DNA of 64,000 bases from assembly GCA_041394025.1 (NCBI GenBank), contig JAWKJA010000003.1, positions 79,397-143,396 on the forward strand, read 5' to 3'. Below are positions 8,757 through 18,399 of the stretch, one piece after another. Origin of the DNA: Acidimicrobiia bacterium (lineage in GTDB: Bacteria > Actinomycetota > Acidimicrobiia > IMCC26256 > JAOSJL01). The notes under the pieces are model-generated. The model saw nothing but the letters and a program-made list of their open reading frames with translations. It was not told the origin of the DNA and did no database searches. Position 1 is the first letter of the stretch, and the number at the start of each line of letters is the position of its first letter. The translations under genes and the position numbers were made by a program.

Positions 8757-10347
8757 AGGTGGCGATGACCTCGCCGTCACCGATCGAGTACTCGATGAGA
8801 TCGTCGCTCACCAGCGTCACGAATCCGTAGATCGTCTGGTTGGCGACGGGCCAGCCCTCGGGGATCGTGTCTCCCGCCCCCGTCTCGGCGCTCGGCCCGT
8901 CGTCGTTGCGTTGCCAGGCTTCGCCCCCGACGCCGAGCCAGTCCATCCCACAGTGGATGTACATCGGGAGTGCGTAGCGTCGACCCAACTCGGGAACGTC
9001 ACCCTCTTCGAGAAGATCGATATCGGAGACCGGAACGGCGGGCTCTTCCTCCGTTGGCAGTGGCACGTCCCCCGGCCATGTCCAGACCCCGAGTCCGTCG
9101 ACAACACGCCGAACTGCAAACACATCGCCGTCGTCGGTGGCCACGATGTTGTGGACTTCACCGTCGTTGCCGTCACCGATACCCGACGTGTCGATTCGGT
9201 TCCAACGGTCGGCGTCGTCGCTCGCGTAGAGCGCGACGATCATGTCCTGGCGACAGAAGTCGATGTCCGCGTAGCAAGCCTGAGAGCTGGACCACGGCTG
9301 GATTCGCGAAGCGTTCAGTGTGAAGAACCGGTTGCCTCCGCTGACCACTGGAGGACCGTACCCAAGGCCTCCACTACTGGGTGGGGGCTCGGCCGAGTCG
9401 GTCCAACTGTTCCCGCCGTCGGTCGATCGCAGGAGAACCTCGACGGTTTCCACGTCACCCGTCTCGCCGGTCGGAGCGCTACCACTGAGCGCCAGAACGT
9501 CACCCTGGCGGCCGATACCGTCCAACGCCCACGTGCGCGGCACTCCCTCGCGCTCAACGAGCTCCCATGACGCGCCGACGTCCGTGGATGACCACATCGC
9601 TCCGCTCTGGTCGACGACACCTACCGCCAGAAGTTCCATTCCGGTGTCTGCGACGCCTGTCACCGTGCCCTCGGTCCCGTCACCGGTCGGCAGTCGCAAG
9701 GTCTGCCATTCGAGACCGTCCTCGCTTGTCCACGCCACAGGACGGAAGCCGCCATCGGACGGATCGTCGGCGGTTCGCAGCGTCCCCACCGCCACGACAC
9801 CACCGTCATGTGCCTCCAGACCCATCACGTCGGCTGGACCTTCCAGACCCTCGGCTTCAACCTCGGACCACGTCCGACCGTCGTCCGAATAGAACGCGCT
9901 CAGCTCGTGGCGAACGTCGTCATCGTCGGGTCGTCCGCCGCTGCCGAGAGCAAGCCAACCGTCACCCATTGGCGCGATGCCGCCGAGGTCCAGATACCGG
10001 ATCCCGGTCTCGGTCTGCTCGCCCTTCTGGAACTCGCCCCGATCGTCGGTCGAGAAGCCGGTGATCGCCCCATCACCCGTGACCATGGCCACGACGACCT
10101 GATCGCCGTCGGTGGCGATAGGCGACACGATGTCCTCGCCGTAGTCGCCCTCGAGGAACTGATACGCCCACTCCCCAGCTCCAGGACCGGAAGGAGACAC
10201 CTCCGTGCCCGAATCTCCGGTCGAGCCGCACGCCGCGAGTGCGAGGACGGCTGCGACGCCAGCCGCAGCACCCCGGACGCGGATACCTCTCGTCACACCC
10301 GTTGGACGGTGCGAGCCGGTCATCAGTTCCCAGGACCCGAACATCAC
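8719..10347 (-). CDS. BNR/Asp-box repeat beta-propeller lipoprotein (sialidase/Ycf48-like fold)
   Basis: Lipobox VLALAACGS. Repeated SxDxGxxW boxes: YSDDGRTWSEV, TSEDGLEWQTL, SSTDVGASWELV, RSTDGGNSWTD, ASDDADRWNRI. Confidence 0.7.
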   Translation of the reverse strand: MMFGSWELMTGSHRPTGVTRGIRVRGAAAGVAAVLALAACGSTGDSGTEVSPSGPGAGEWAYQFLEGDYGEDIVSPIATDGDQVVVAMVTGDGAITGFSTDDRGEFQKGEQTETGIRYLDLGGIAPMGDGWLALGSGGRPDDDDVRHELSAFYSDDGRTWSEVEAEGLEGPADVMGLEAHDGGVVAVGTLRTADDPSDGGFRPVAWTSEDGLEWQTLRLPTGDGTEGTVTGVADTGMELLAVGVVDQSGAMWSSTDVGASWELVEREGVPRTWALDGIGRQGDVLALSGSAPTGETGDVETVEVLLRSTDGGNSWTDSAEPPPSSGGLGYGPPVVSGGNRFFTLNASRIQPWSSSQACYADIDFCRQDMIVALYASDDADRWNRIDTSGIGDGNDGEVHNIVATDDGDVFAVRRVVDGLGVWTWPGDVPLPTEEEPAVPVSDIDLLEEGDVPELGRRYALPMYIHCGMDWLGVGGEAWQRNDDGPSAETGAGDTIPEGWPVANQTIYGFVTLVSDDLIEYSIGDGEVIATYEPATEGPPGCA

Positions 10348-10357
10348 TGTCGCCGGC

Positions 10358-12226
10358 CTACCCCATGGAGTTCACGGCATCGAACAGCTCTTCCTCCGTC
10401 AGCTCTGCTGAGTTGATCCTGATCCAGACACCATCGCCCGTCACCCACTCGAGGGCACCTGCGAGGAACGTGGGACCCCCGGGGTTCCCCAGAGTCGACA
10501 GCCTCACTTCCCCACACGCTTCGCTCCCGTCGTCGAGGATCACGGGTTCGTCACAGCGAACTTCGTATCCGTTCAGGCGCATCTGCGTCACCTGCAGATA
10601 GGGAGAGACGACCCCAGGCACAGGATCGAGGATCCCGTTGGGTGCCCACGCTTGGTTGTAGTCCGCGCTTGCGGCCTCCCCCGCCCCGGTGCGATTCGCG
10701 GGGTACTGCCGGATCTCACCATGGGCGAGACTCCAACCGGTTGGAAGTGTGCGCGGAACGCGGATGTCGAAACCGAGTTCCTGTTCGGCTTGAGCAGCGT
10801 CGCTCGGGCAGACCAAACGCTCTGACTGCGTGTGTTCCTGTTCCGTTGAGCATTCGAGCGAGCCGACAACCGTGGAACGATCGGCTTCGGGAGCTGCGAA
10901 ATCGTCGCTCGCCATCATGTCGAGCGCCATCATCGGATCCGTTCCGACGAACACGGTGCCGTCGACCACAACCATGGGCGGGTTGTAGCCCTGCACGGGT
11001 AGGGCAGGAAGCTGCCTCCAGATCTCCGAGTCAGGGTCGAAGCTCACGACGGGCGTCGGAACATCCAGATCGGATCCCGTACCGATGGCTCCGGTGAAGA
11101 CCACCACTTCGGTTCCGGTCCAGACGGCGCTGCTACTCCCGAATGTGCCGTCGAAGGGCTCTTGCGGCGGGATCGGTGCGGGGAACGCCGGGAAGACAGC
11201 TCCCGTTCCGCCGTCGATTCCTGGCTCGTACGGAATCCTGGCCGCCACGAACTCGCCTTCGGGGGACTCGGTCCGTCCGCCGAGCTCGATGAGATCCGAG
11301 CCCGTCCAAACGAGGTTTCCACGCTTCGTCGGCATCCCTCCTTCGAAACTCCACTGATCTGTGGAGGGGTCGTAGCTGATGATCCGATCGACGACCTCGC
11401 CGACCACCCTGTCCAGCGACTCGTCCCGAATCAACACGAACAGGCGGTCGCCTGCCCACACGACGTCGGGCTCTCGTCCAATCGTCATCGGCGGCTTCGC
11501 GATCGGCCGCCACTCGCCCGCGGCCGGGTTGAAGGCGACGGCTTCTTCGTTCGGGATCGTGCCGCCACCACGTGTTCCGCCGACGACGATCATCTCCTTG
11601 CCGGTCCAGGCAGCGCCGGCGAACTCGACATCTGACAGTGGCGATGTCGAGATCGTCTCCCACTCATCGCTCTCGGGGAAGTAGGCGGCAGCTCCCGGTT
11701 CACCATCCTCGACCTGGCCGCAGCAGACGATCATGCGATCCCCCGCCCATACGGTCGCGTGCTCCGACCGGGGGCTGAGCGGCGATGGCGCCATCTCCCG
11801 CCACTCGCCGGAATCCGGGTTGAACACGGCGCCGTCGTTTCGCTTGTCGGCCTCGCTCGTCGCCTCTCCACCCCACACGAGGAGCTCGTCGTCCGATGCG
11901 ACGACCGACGCGAACGTCCGAGGCCAGAACGGACCCGTCGGCACCTCGGTCCACGCCTCGGTTCCCGCCGACCATGCCACAGGTTCGTCGGGCTGCACGG
12001 TGGTCTGGTCGTGCGTCCCCAACACACGTGCACTCACCACGAACCCCACGGCCGCCACAGCAATCAGAGCCGCTGCCACGGCACCGACGCGCCGATGGAA
12101 ACGCTTGCGGCGGAGCATGACGCCACGCCGGTAGACCGTGGCCGGGTCACCAAGTGGAACGACGACCTCGCGAGCCTGTGCGAAGTGCTCGCGAGCGGCG
12201 CTCTCCATTGTCTCTTGGTTGCTCAT
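10358..12226 (-). CDS. single-pass membrane protein with Kelch-repeat ectodomain (anti-sigma-like position)
   Basis: Short cytoplasmic N-terminus and TM helix VGAVAAALIAVAAVGFVV. Kelch-like units: LLVWGG..FNPDSGEWREM, MIVCCG..YFPESDEWETI, MIVVGG..FNPAAGEWRPI. Starts 2 nt after the sigma gene stop. Confidence 0.7.
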   Translation of the reverse strand: MSNQETMESAAREHFAQAREVVVPLGDPATVYRRGVMLRRKRFHRRVGAVAAALIAVAAVGFVVSARVLGTHDQTTVQPDEPVAWSAGTEAWTEVPTGPFWPRTFASVVASDDELLVWGGEATSEADKRNDGAVFNPDSGEWREMAPSPLSPRSEHATVWAGDRMIVCCGQVEDGEPGAAAYFPESDEWETISTSPLSDVEFAGAAWTGKEMIVVGGTRGGGTIPNEEAVAFNPAAGEWRPIAKPPMTIGREPDVVWAGDRLFVLIRDESLDRVVGEVVDRIISYDPSTDQWSFEGGMPTKRGNLVWTGSDLIELGGRTESPEGEFVAARIPYEPGIDGGTGAVFPAFPAPIPPQEPFDGTFGSSSAVWTGTEVVVFTGAIGTGSDLDVPTPVVSFDPDSEIWRQLPALPVQGYNPPMVVVDGTVFVGTDPMMALDMMASDDFAAPEADRSTVVGSLECSTEQEHTQSERLVCPSDAAQAEQELGFDIRVPRTLPTGWSLAHGEIRQYPANRTGAGEAASADYNQAWAPNGILDPVPGVVSPYLQVTQMRLNGYEVRCDEPVILDDGSEACGEVRLSTLGNPGGPTFLAGALEWVTGDGVWIRINSAELTEEELFDAVNSMG

Positions 12227-12227
12227 G

Positions 12228-12734
12228 TCATTCCTTCAGCTCGGTTGGGAGTGCGGCGCGCAACGCTGCGAGGCCGCGATGAACGGTCGACTTGATCGTT
12301 CCGAGCGGAACGCCGAGTTGCTTGGCGATATCGGGGTTGGAGAAGTCGGCGAAGTAGCGGAGAAGCAGAACCTGTCGACTCGTCTCGTCGAGATCGTCGA
12401 GTCCCCTCCACACGACCTCTCGGACTTCTACAGCCCGTGCCAGGTCGTCGGCGCCCACATCTTCGTGTGCGCCCGTACGCTCCAGGGCTGACGGTGAGCA
12501 AGATTCGACGCGACGGTGGCGGGGAACCTGACGCTTGGCTTCGTTGAACGCGCACCGCCACAGGTAGCTGCGCAGATCGTCGATGCCGCCGCGCCGATCG
12601 CGGGCTAGGACCTTCGAGAAGACCTCGTCGACGATGTCGCTCGCCATCTCGAGGTCCGACGACAGGAGAAACACGGCGCGCACCATGTCGGCCCGCTCCG
12701 AACGCCAGAGCTCCTCGAACTCCTCGTCGTTCAC
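12228..12734 (-). CDS. ECF-type RNA polymerase sigma-70 family factor
   Basis: Region 2 (DIVDEVFSKVL..DDLRSYLWRCAFNEA) and region 4 (RQVLLLRYFADFSNPDIAKQLGVPLGTIKSTVHRGL). Start set at the in-frame GTG giving 168 aa; the ORF track extends to 12965. Confidence 0.8.
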   Translation of the reverse strand: MNDEEFEELWRSERADMVRAVFLLSSDLEMASDIVDEVFSKVLARDRRGGIDDLRSYLWRCAFNEAKRQVPRHRRVESCSPSALERTGAHEDVGADDLARAVEVREVVWRGLDDLDETSRQVLLLRYFADFSNPDIAKQLGVPLGTIKSTVHRGLAALRAALPTELKE

Positions 12735-12810
12735 TGACCTAAAGAGTCCCCCACGGCCACGAAGGTTGCAGATTCCTTCCGGTCCCTGTGGTGCAGGTAG
12801 ACGAACGACG

Positions 12811-14496
12811 TCAGGGCGAAGGATCGATGACCAGGAGATCGACCGGCGGGTAGGCAATCGTCGAGCCTGCGGCGGTCGTGCAGGTCGCAGTCGCTGTGTA
12901 TCTCCCAGCGTGTGGGAACTGCGTTCCCCGCCAGAAGTACGCCCAGAGACCGTCTTGATCTCCACCGATCTCGTCCTGGGTCCTGTAGCCCTCAGGCCCG
13001 GTCACGACGATCGTGCCCGCGCCGTCGACGCATGGAAGTGACGAAGGCGATACCAGCGACAACGGAGCCTGCTCGCGCATCTCGATCGGGTTGGGATCGA
13101 AGTTGTATGGCGGCTTTCCGGGCCCGAGATCCAGTACGAACTTCCCCAGCACCGTGTCGCCATCCATGGCGATGACTCGGTCGACGATCTCGTCGAGGCC
13201 GATGGAATGGACGAAGTACTTCACGCCAAGCACGTCGTCGGTCGGTTCCACCGTTGCCGTGTCGCCACTGGATGACACGACGCGTACCGCCGTCGCTCGA
13301 GCGTCGACGGGACCCCAGACGAGGGCGGCCGGGTCGCTCACTGTCAGATGGGCAGCGACAGCGTTCGTGTCCGGCACGCCGAATCCGCAGCGTGCCGGGT
13401 ATTGGTCCCTACGCTGTGGCGGATTCTCGAAGGTGACGTCGGCGCAGTGGTGGGCAATCCATTCGTCGCCGTCGTGGATAGGTGTTCGGCCGGCGCGTAG
13501 CTCCCAGCCGATTCCGGAGGCTGTCCCGGTAGCGACGGTGTCCTGTTCGGACAAGTCTGTGGGCCTCACGCCGGCCGGGAAGTCTTCGGGGGGCCTCGTT
13601 GGCCTCGGACGTCCGACATGGACCAGCGAGGCGGCCTTCTCGTTGGAATGGTCCCGTTCGTCGCGAACGCCGACCAGAAGGCCGTCTTCGCAGGCGTATA
13701 CGCCGCCGAAGTTCGGATCCGGACCGAGAACGGCCCCCTCACACGAAGGCCCGACCGTGATGAGTAGCGGGCGTTCGGCGTCGAGTGGCTTCGTGCGCAC
13801 CACCAATTCCCCCGACTCGCCGTTGAAGAACCCGATCCAGCCGGTGTCGACCGACCAATCGACCGCCTGGCCGTAGGCGATTCGCTCGTCGTCGTCGGGC
13901 GCTTCGAGAACGAGTGTCCAGCCACCCTTTTCGACAGTCGTGGTGTCAACGTCGACACCAGGGGCCTCCCAGTCAACCACTGTGGTTCCGCCAGGGCCTT
14001 CGAGGGTCTCTCGGGGTGTGGGAGTGCACGAACTGCAGGCAGCGTCGACAGCTGTCTCGCTCGACAGGCGGGTGAAAGACCGATCGACGGGGAACCCGGG
14101 ATCGCCGCGCAGCGCGGGGATCACCGTGATCCCCTCGTCGTCGGAGACGGACGGATCCAAGAGCAGGAACACCTGTGTCCCGTCGGTGAGGCGAAGGGAG
14201 TAGACGCCATCATCGTTCGGCTGCAATTGGAGGCCGGCCGTCGCGTCACCACCACCTTCGGAGACTTCTGGTTCTTGGGTCGCGGGCTCGACGGGCGGGT
14301 CATCGCCGCGACCGAGACGCGTGGCGAGGAGCACGCCCGCCCCCACGACCGCAACGACGGCAGCGGCGACGCCTGCTCGCCGACGGCGACGTCGGCGTTT
14401 GTGCCGCTCGGTGATGTCCTCGCGGAGGCTCGCGTAGTCGAGTGTGATGTCGCGATCGCCGGCGGCGTTCACGAGCAGCGAGCGCAGGTCACTCAT
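12811..14496 (-). CDS. single-pass membrane protein with a large orphan ectodomain (anti-sigma-like position)
   Basis: ORF 12811..14520. MSDLRSLL start at 14496 overlaps the sigma gene stop. Poly-Arg followed by TM helix AGVAAAVVAVVGAGVLLA. No recognisable domain in about 490 extracytoplasmic residues. Confidence 0.6.
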   Translation of the reverse strand: MSDLRSLLVNAAGDRDITLDYASLREDITERHKRRRRRRRAGVAAAVVAVVGAGVLLATRLGRGDDPPVEPATQEPEVSEGGGDATAGLQLQPNDDGVYSLRLTDGTQVFLLLDPSVSDDEGITVIPALRGDPGFPVDRSFTRLSSETAVDAACSSCTPTPRETLEGPGGTTVVDWEAPGVDVDTTTVEKGGWTLVLEAPDDDERIAYGQAVDWSVDTGWIGFFNGESGELVVRTKPLDAERPLLITVGPSCEGAVLGPDPNFGGVYACEDGLLVGVRDERDHSNEKAASLVHVGRPRPTRPPEDFPAGVRPTDLSEQDTVATGTASGIGWELRAGRTPIHDGDEWIAHHCADVTFENPPQRRDQYPARCGFGVPDTNAVAAHLTVSDPAALVWGPVDARATAVRVVSSSGDTATVEPTDDVLGVKYFVHSIGLDEIVDRVIAMDGDTVLGKFVLDLGPGKPPYNFDPNPIEMREQAPLSLVSPSSLPCVDGAGTIVVTGPEGYRTQDEIGGDQDGLWAYFWRGTQFPHAGRYTATATCTTAAGSTIAYPPVDLLVIDPSP

Positions 14497-14998
14497 CGAT
14501 CCACGTCTCCTCGAGGACACTCGACTGCGCCCGCAGCTTCTCGAGAGCCTGGTGGGTGTGTGCCTTGACGGTTCCGCCGGCCAGACCCAGTGCCGATGCC
14601 GTGTCCTCCACGGAGTAGTCGAGATAGAAGCGCAGAATCAGAACCGAACGTTGTCGAGATGAAAGCACCTGGAGTGCTCGACGAATCTCGATGGCCTGCT
14701 CGCGGTCCTCTGGCTCGACGCTGTCGGCGGAATCGACTCGACGAAGTGCGCGTCGCTCGGCCGCGCGCGACCGGAACCGAGAGCGAGCTCGATTGAAACC
14801 GACCCGGTAGACCCAGGCGTCCGGCCGGTCGAAACCACTCACCTCATCCCAGCGTTCGAGCGCGCGTACGAGGGCATCGTGCGCCACCTCCTCAGCCACG
14901 AAGGGATCTCCGGTGAACAACGTCAGAGAGCGCACGAGCGGCTCCCGGATCGACGACACGAAGGCTTCGGGGTCCTGCTCCCCCGGGGTCACACCCAT
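14489..14998 (-). CDS. ECF-type RNA polymerase sigma-70 family factor
   Basis: FVAEEVAHDALVRALERWDEV..PDAWVYRVGFNRARS (region 2) and RQRSVLILRFYLDYSVEDTASALGLAGGTVKAHTHQAL (region 4). Confidence 0.85.
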   Translation of the reverse strand: MGVTPGEQDPEAFVSSIREPLVRSLTLFTGDPFVAEEVAHDALVRALERWDEVSGFDRPDAWVYRVGFNRARSRFRSRAAERRALRRVDSADSVEPEDREQAIEIRRALQVLSSRQRSVLILRFYLDYSVEDTASALGLAGGTVKAHTHQALEKLRAQSSVLEETWIDE

Positions 14999-15211
14999 AG
15001 AGACGCCTCAGCCTCCTCACTCGGTCTAGTGTCCCTGTGAGTCAGTTCGAGCACCGCTACCCGACCGACCGCGGATCGTCGATCGCCTGCCAGCGATGCG
15101 CGCCGCTGCTGCTACTCGTCGACGCAGGTCACGCACGCAGACACCGCCATTGTCCGAGCTCACCGGGGAATCAGGGTGTGACGAAGGAGACTCCGATCCG
15201 TCCGACCAGGA

Positions 15212-16018
15212 TCAGGACACGGCTTCGTCCAGGTGCTCACTCGACGTCTCGGCGAGTGCCGCCGTCAGATCCGGGGGTCCCATCGACGAGAGGACCTGGA
15301 TGATCGTGACCGCCGGACCGACTCGCACGACAACGAGATCCAGGCTTGTCGACAGGTCAACACCGGAGTCGAACCCGAAACCGAGGAAATCACCGAAACT
15401 CGCCACGGCCTCGAACGCGACCGTCTCATCGCCGAACGACTCGATCGAGAGCTGGCCAGCCGTTGCTTCGACCTCTTCGGGAGAGGGGAACAGCTCCTCT
15501 GGATCGACCTCCGGGATCTCACCCATCTCACCCTCGGGGAACAGGCTCTCGAAGTCCTCCCCGAGGAAGTCTTCGGGAACGGCGAATTGGTTGCCCACGA
15601 ACTCTTCGAGGAGGCCCGTGAGGCATTCGGCCGTTTCGTCACTGTCGAAGGAATCCACGAAATCGGCTGCTGGCTCGTCCGATGCGAAGACCGCGACCTG
15701 GTTGGCTGCCGCCGAATCGAGCCTGGTGTACAGCGTCGAAGCCGCCTCGGCTGATGTCTCGGGAGCGTCGTCTCCACTCAGGCCCGTACAGGAAGACACA
15801 TCCGGCATCGGCGTGAAGGCGCCCGGAAACTCGCTGGTTTCTATCTGTTCCTGGCGCCACCCGCCCGGGAAGTCGTCAATCGTCAAGACCCCCGCCTCCG
15901 CGATTTCGGAGTCCGACAGGTTGCTACCACCCCCACCGGTGCACGCTGCTCCCACAACGACCAGAGCAACCACGGCCGTCGTCTGAAACCGCGAGCCCAA
16001 CTTCCTGCCGTTCTTCAC
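15212..16018 (-). CDS. acidic lipoprotein of unknown function
   Basis: Lipobox LVVVGAACTG. Asp/Glu-rich mature part. 4-nt overlap with the upstream gene. Confidence 0.55.
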   Translation of the reverse strand: MKNGRKLGSRFQTTAVVALVVVGAACTGGGGSNLSDSEIAEAGVLTIDDFPGGWRQEQIETSEFPGAFTPMPDVSSCTGLSGDDAPETSAEAASTLYTRLDSAAANQVAVFASDEPAADFVDSFDSDETAECLTGLLEEFVGNQFAVPEDFLGEDFESLFPEGEMGEIPEVDPEELFPSPEEVEATAGQLSIESFGDETVAFEAVASFGDFLGFGFDSGVDLSTSLDLVVVRVGPAVTIIQVLSSMGPPDLTAALAETSSEHLDEAVS

Positions 16019-16512
16019 TCGGGTGACCCCCCAGGCATCTCGGTGGTGCCGCCACCTTGCGTGACCGTGACGTTGCTTGTCCGTTCGTCGAACGTCGGGG
16101 CGTCGGCTCCGAGCGGAACGAAGCCGAAGCCTGAGTAGTGGTAGCCAACAGGCGTCTCCAAGTCGTCCCCCACGACAGGAATCGGCGGCTCGGGCTGGAG
16201 ACCCGTCACGACATGGTCCGGTGGCGGGCTCGCGCTCGGTCCGAGGATGTCCATCTTGTCGATGTACCCCGCGATGTCGCCGGTCCGATCAAGCGCTGGG
16301 ATGAAATCGGGGACCTGACTCAGGTCGACGTCGTCATCTGTCCACGCCGACTCGGGAATCGGCCCCTTGGTCGGTGGCTCGAGACCGGAGTCGCCGCCGC
16401 GTGCTCCACGCGCGTTCGAGCTGACGAGCAACGCCACCCCAACGAGAACAAGGACGCACCCGCCGACGGCGATCGACCAGGCCCACGCCCGACGCGTGAA
16501 CGTTGAGTTCAC
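16015..16512 (-). CDS. membrane-anchored secreted protein of unknown function
   Basis: N-terminal TM helix WAWSIAVGGCVLVLVGVALLV. 4-nt overlaps on both sides. Confidence 0.5.
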   Translation of the reverse strand: MNSTFTRRAWAWSIAVGGCVLVLVGVALLVSSNARGARGGDSGLEPPTKGPIPESAWTDDDVDLSQVPDFIPALDRTGDIAGYIDKMDILGPSASPPPDHVVTGLQPEPPIPVVGDDLETPVGYHYSGFGFVPLGADAPTFDERTSNVTVTQGGGTTEMPGGSPE

Positions 16513-16778
16513 GACGCCTCAGAAACGGATCGTGTTCTGAGAGCTCGCGACAGGATTACCGCAGATGCTCGGTGAACCCCAACTCCAACGGCGACGTTCA
16601 CCGCCGCGAGGCTGGCCGCACCGACCAAGGCCAACGGGGTCCAGCCCCCGGGGGAATCGACCGTCAGGACAAGAACCACCGCCCAAACCGCCCCGCCAAC
16701 CGCAGTGGCCCACAATCTCCCGATAGCCAGTCCCAGAACGGTCATCACCGGGATCATGAGGCTCTCCCGAATCGACAC
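16509..16778 (-). CDS. small integral membrane protein (about 3 TM helices)
   Basis: 89 aa, almost entirely hydrophobic. First gene of a three-gene overlapping string. Confidence 0.45.
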   Translation of the reverse strand: MSIRESLMIPVMTVLGLAIGRLWATAVGGAVWAVVLVLTVDSPGGWTPLALVGAASLAAVNVAVGVGVHRASAVILSRALRTRSVSEAS

Positions 16779-16887
16779 TGAACTATCGAGAATCTCTTGC
16801 TCAGTCTAAGAGAAGCGCCCGGCACCCGCCGTCGAACTCGCGCTCGGGTCTGTTCCTTGTCAGGGCGTGAGTCTCGGAACGACCATC

Positions 16888-17043
16888 GGCCGGTAGATTC
16901 TCCCCAGGATTGTGTGTCGATCAACGTGGCGAGAGGAATTCGACCACGTTTTCTGCAACCCCCGCCCTCGTGGGGCCGGTAGAGAACCGTCGCTGCAAGG
17001 GTTGTAGGGCGGGCTCGGAACGGATTCCGCCGATCTCGGAACG
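16888..17043 (+). repeat. repeat copy B: 84-nt leader plus tRNA 5' stub (16888-16971), then the shared second module (16972-17043)
   Basis: Same length and order as copy A, offset exactly 10040 nt. About five substitutions in the last 37 nt of the 84-mer relative to A and C. Confidence 0.85.
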
Positions 17044-17191
17044 CGTGGATTTCCCCGTCGAGTCGCCCGCGCCAGTGAGTCGAACGAGTCCACACGAGCG
17101 CGGGTGACGGCGACCCGGTCAACCGCCTGCAGGCAGAAGCCTCTGGCCGTGATATCGCGCTATGGCCTCGAACGTGGGCGAGGCCGAGAGC

Positions 17192-18340
17192 TCAACAGAC
17201 GGGTGCGACCCAGGGGTAGGGGTTCACGGCGCCGCCGCCGCCGGGGTGCACCTCAAAGTGCAGGTGGTTAAAGCCGGGAGTCCCATTGCCGGTGGCGCCG
17301 TTGTAGCCGATCACGTCACCTGCCTGCACGGCACCACCCTTGGCGGTGCCCGACATGTGCATGTACAGGTAGATGTTGCCGTCGCTACCGCTCAGAGTCG
17401 CACCCAGTCCTCCGCCACCCATGTCACCGAACGAGACAGTTCCGGAGACGACGGCGACGAGCGAGCCACCGTAAGGACCGCCCATGTCGACGCCTTGATG
17501 CGAACGGCCGCCCGAGCGGGGATCACCCCACGAATCAGAGAACCCTCCGTGGCCGGGGAACGGGCAGAGGATGTTGCCCGGACCGCCGGGCGAACCGCCG
17601 AGGTTGCCGCCTGGGGTCGGCGGACCGGGTGCCGTGGGGGCCGGGGCAGTAGCGGGCGCCGGGGCCGCTTGCGAATCGGAGGCGACCGCCTCTGCGTCTC
17701 GGCTGGCACGAGCGGCGGCTTCCGCAGCACGGGCGGCCTCGGCAGCAGCAGCGCGCTCGGCTTCGATTCGCGCTTGCTCGCGCGCCTCCGCGAGCACCGC
17801 CTCGGCGGCGGCGGCCTCCTTCTCGAGATCAGCGATCTCAGACTGCATCTCCTCGAGCGCCACGGCTTGGTCCTCGCGCTTCGTCTCGAGCTCGGCTCGG
17901 CGTCGCTTGAGATCCTCTTCGAGCGCTCCCAGCTGCTCGATCTTGTCGTCGTCGTCGCCCTTGAGCTGCTCGAGTAGTCGCGTCTTGCGCGCGACGTCAA
18001 GAACACTGTCGCTTTCGAGGACCTCGGCGATGTCGACGTTGCCGCCGGTGTAGGCCTCGACTGCTCGATCACGGGCTACAGCGCGCACCTCCTCGGTGTA
18101 CGCGTCGGCGGCCTCGACTTCGCTCTCCATGTCTGCGACTTCGTTCTCGAGCTCGTAGTAGGTCGCCTGTGCGTCGGCAACGCGTTCGGCTCCTGCATTC
18201 AGCTCGGCGCGGGCCGCCTCGGCGGCGGCGCTGGCCTCGTCGACCGAAATTTGGTCGCGCGGCGCGGCGCCGACTGGCAAAGCGATGGCAAGCGCGAGAG
18301 CTACAACGAGAAGAATCGTCGTGAGACGAGAAGGGAACAC
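17192..18340 (-). CDS. M23-family metallopeptidase with N-terminal signal/anchor and long Ala/Glu-rich coiled coil
   Basis: C-terminal HQGVDMGGPYGGSLVAVVSGTVSF...YMHMS...GYNGATGNGTPGFNHLHFEVH is the M23 HxxxD/HxH pattern. The N-terminal 200 aa have a heptad-like EAxxAxxE composition. Confidence 0.8.
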   Translation of the reverse strand: MFPSRLTTILLVVALALAIALPVGAAPRDQISVDEASAAAEAARAELNAGAERVADAQATYYELENEVADMESEVEAADAYTEEVRAVARDRAVEAYTGGNVDIAEVLESDSVLDVARKTRLLEQLKGDDDDKIEQLGALEEDLKRRRAELETKREDQAVALEEMQSEIADLEKEAAAAEAVLAEAREQARIEAERAAAAEAARAAEAAARASRDAEAVASDSQAAPAPATAPAPTAPGPPTPGGNLGGSPGGPGNILCPFPGHGGFSDSWGDPRSGGRSHQGVDMGGPYGGSLVAVVSGTVSFGDMGGGGLGATLSGSDGNIYLYMHMSGTAKGGAVQAGDVIGYNGATGNGTPGFNHLHFEVHPGGGGAVNPYPWVAPVC

Positions 18341-18382
18341 GTGAGCTCCGTAGAGGGGGGCTGGCGAGTTGCGGGAACCGTA

Positions 18383-18396
18383 ACAAGAGCTCTTGT
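18383..18396. promoter_or_regulatory. perfect 14-bp palindrome ACAAGAGCTCTTGT in the M23/cupredoxin divergent intergenic region
   Basis: Read directly from the sequence. Confidence 0.3.
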
Positions 18397-18399
18397 GCT

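Larger units (their letters stand above)
6932..16887. mobile_element. putative integrated segment X (between repeat copies A and B, about 10 kb); no recombinase of its own
   Basis: Bounded by direct repeats A and B. Cargo is accessory in type (HicAB, two ECF sigma modules, orphan secreted proteins). No integrase was seen inside it, so it may be a remnant or may depend on segment Y. Confidence 0.45.

Noticed and set aside
16870-17043. Recurrence of CTCGGAAC(G) in and around the repeat copies and at 29737, as a possible binding motif.
   Set aside because: The same word also occurs inside coding sequence (the IS3 orfA region near 35.88 kb, and as a reverse complement in the sigma gene near 12.30 kb). 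Chance occurrence in GC-rich DNA is the simpler explanation.
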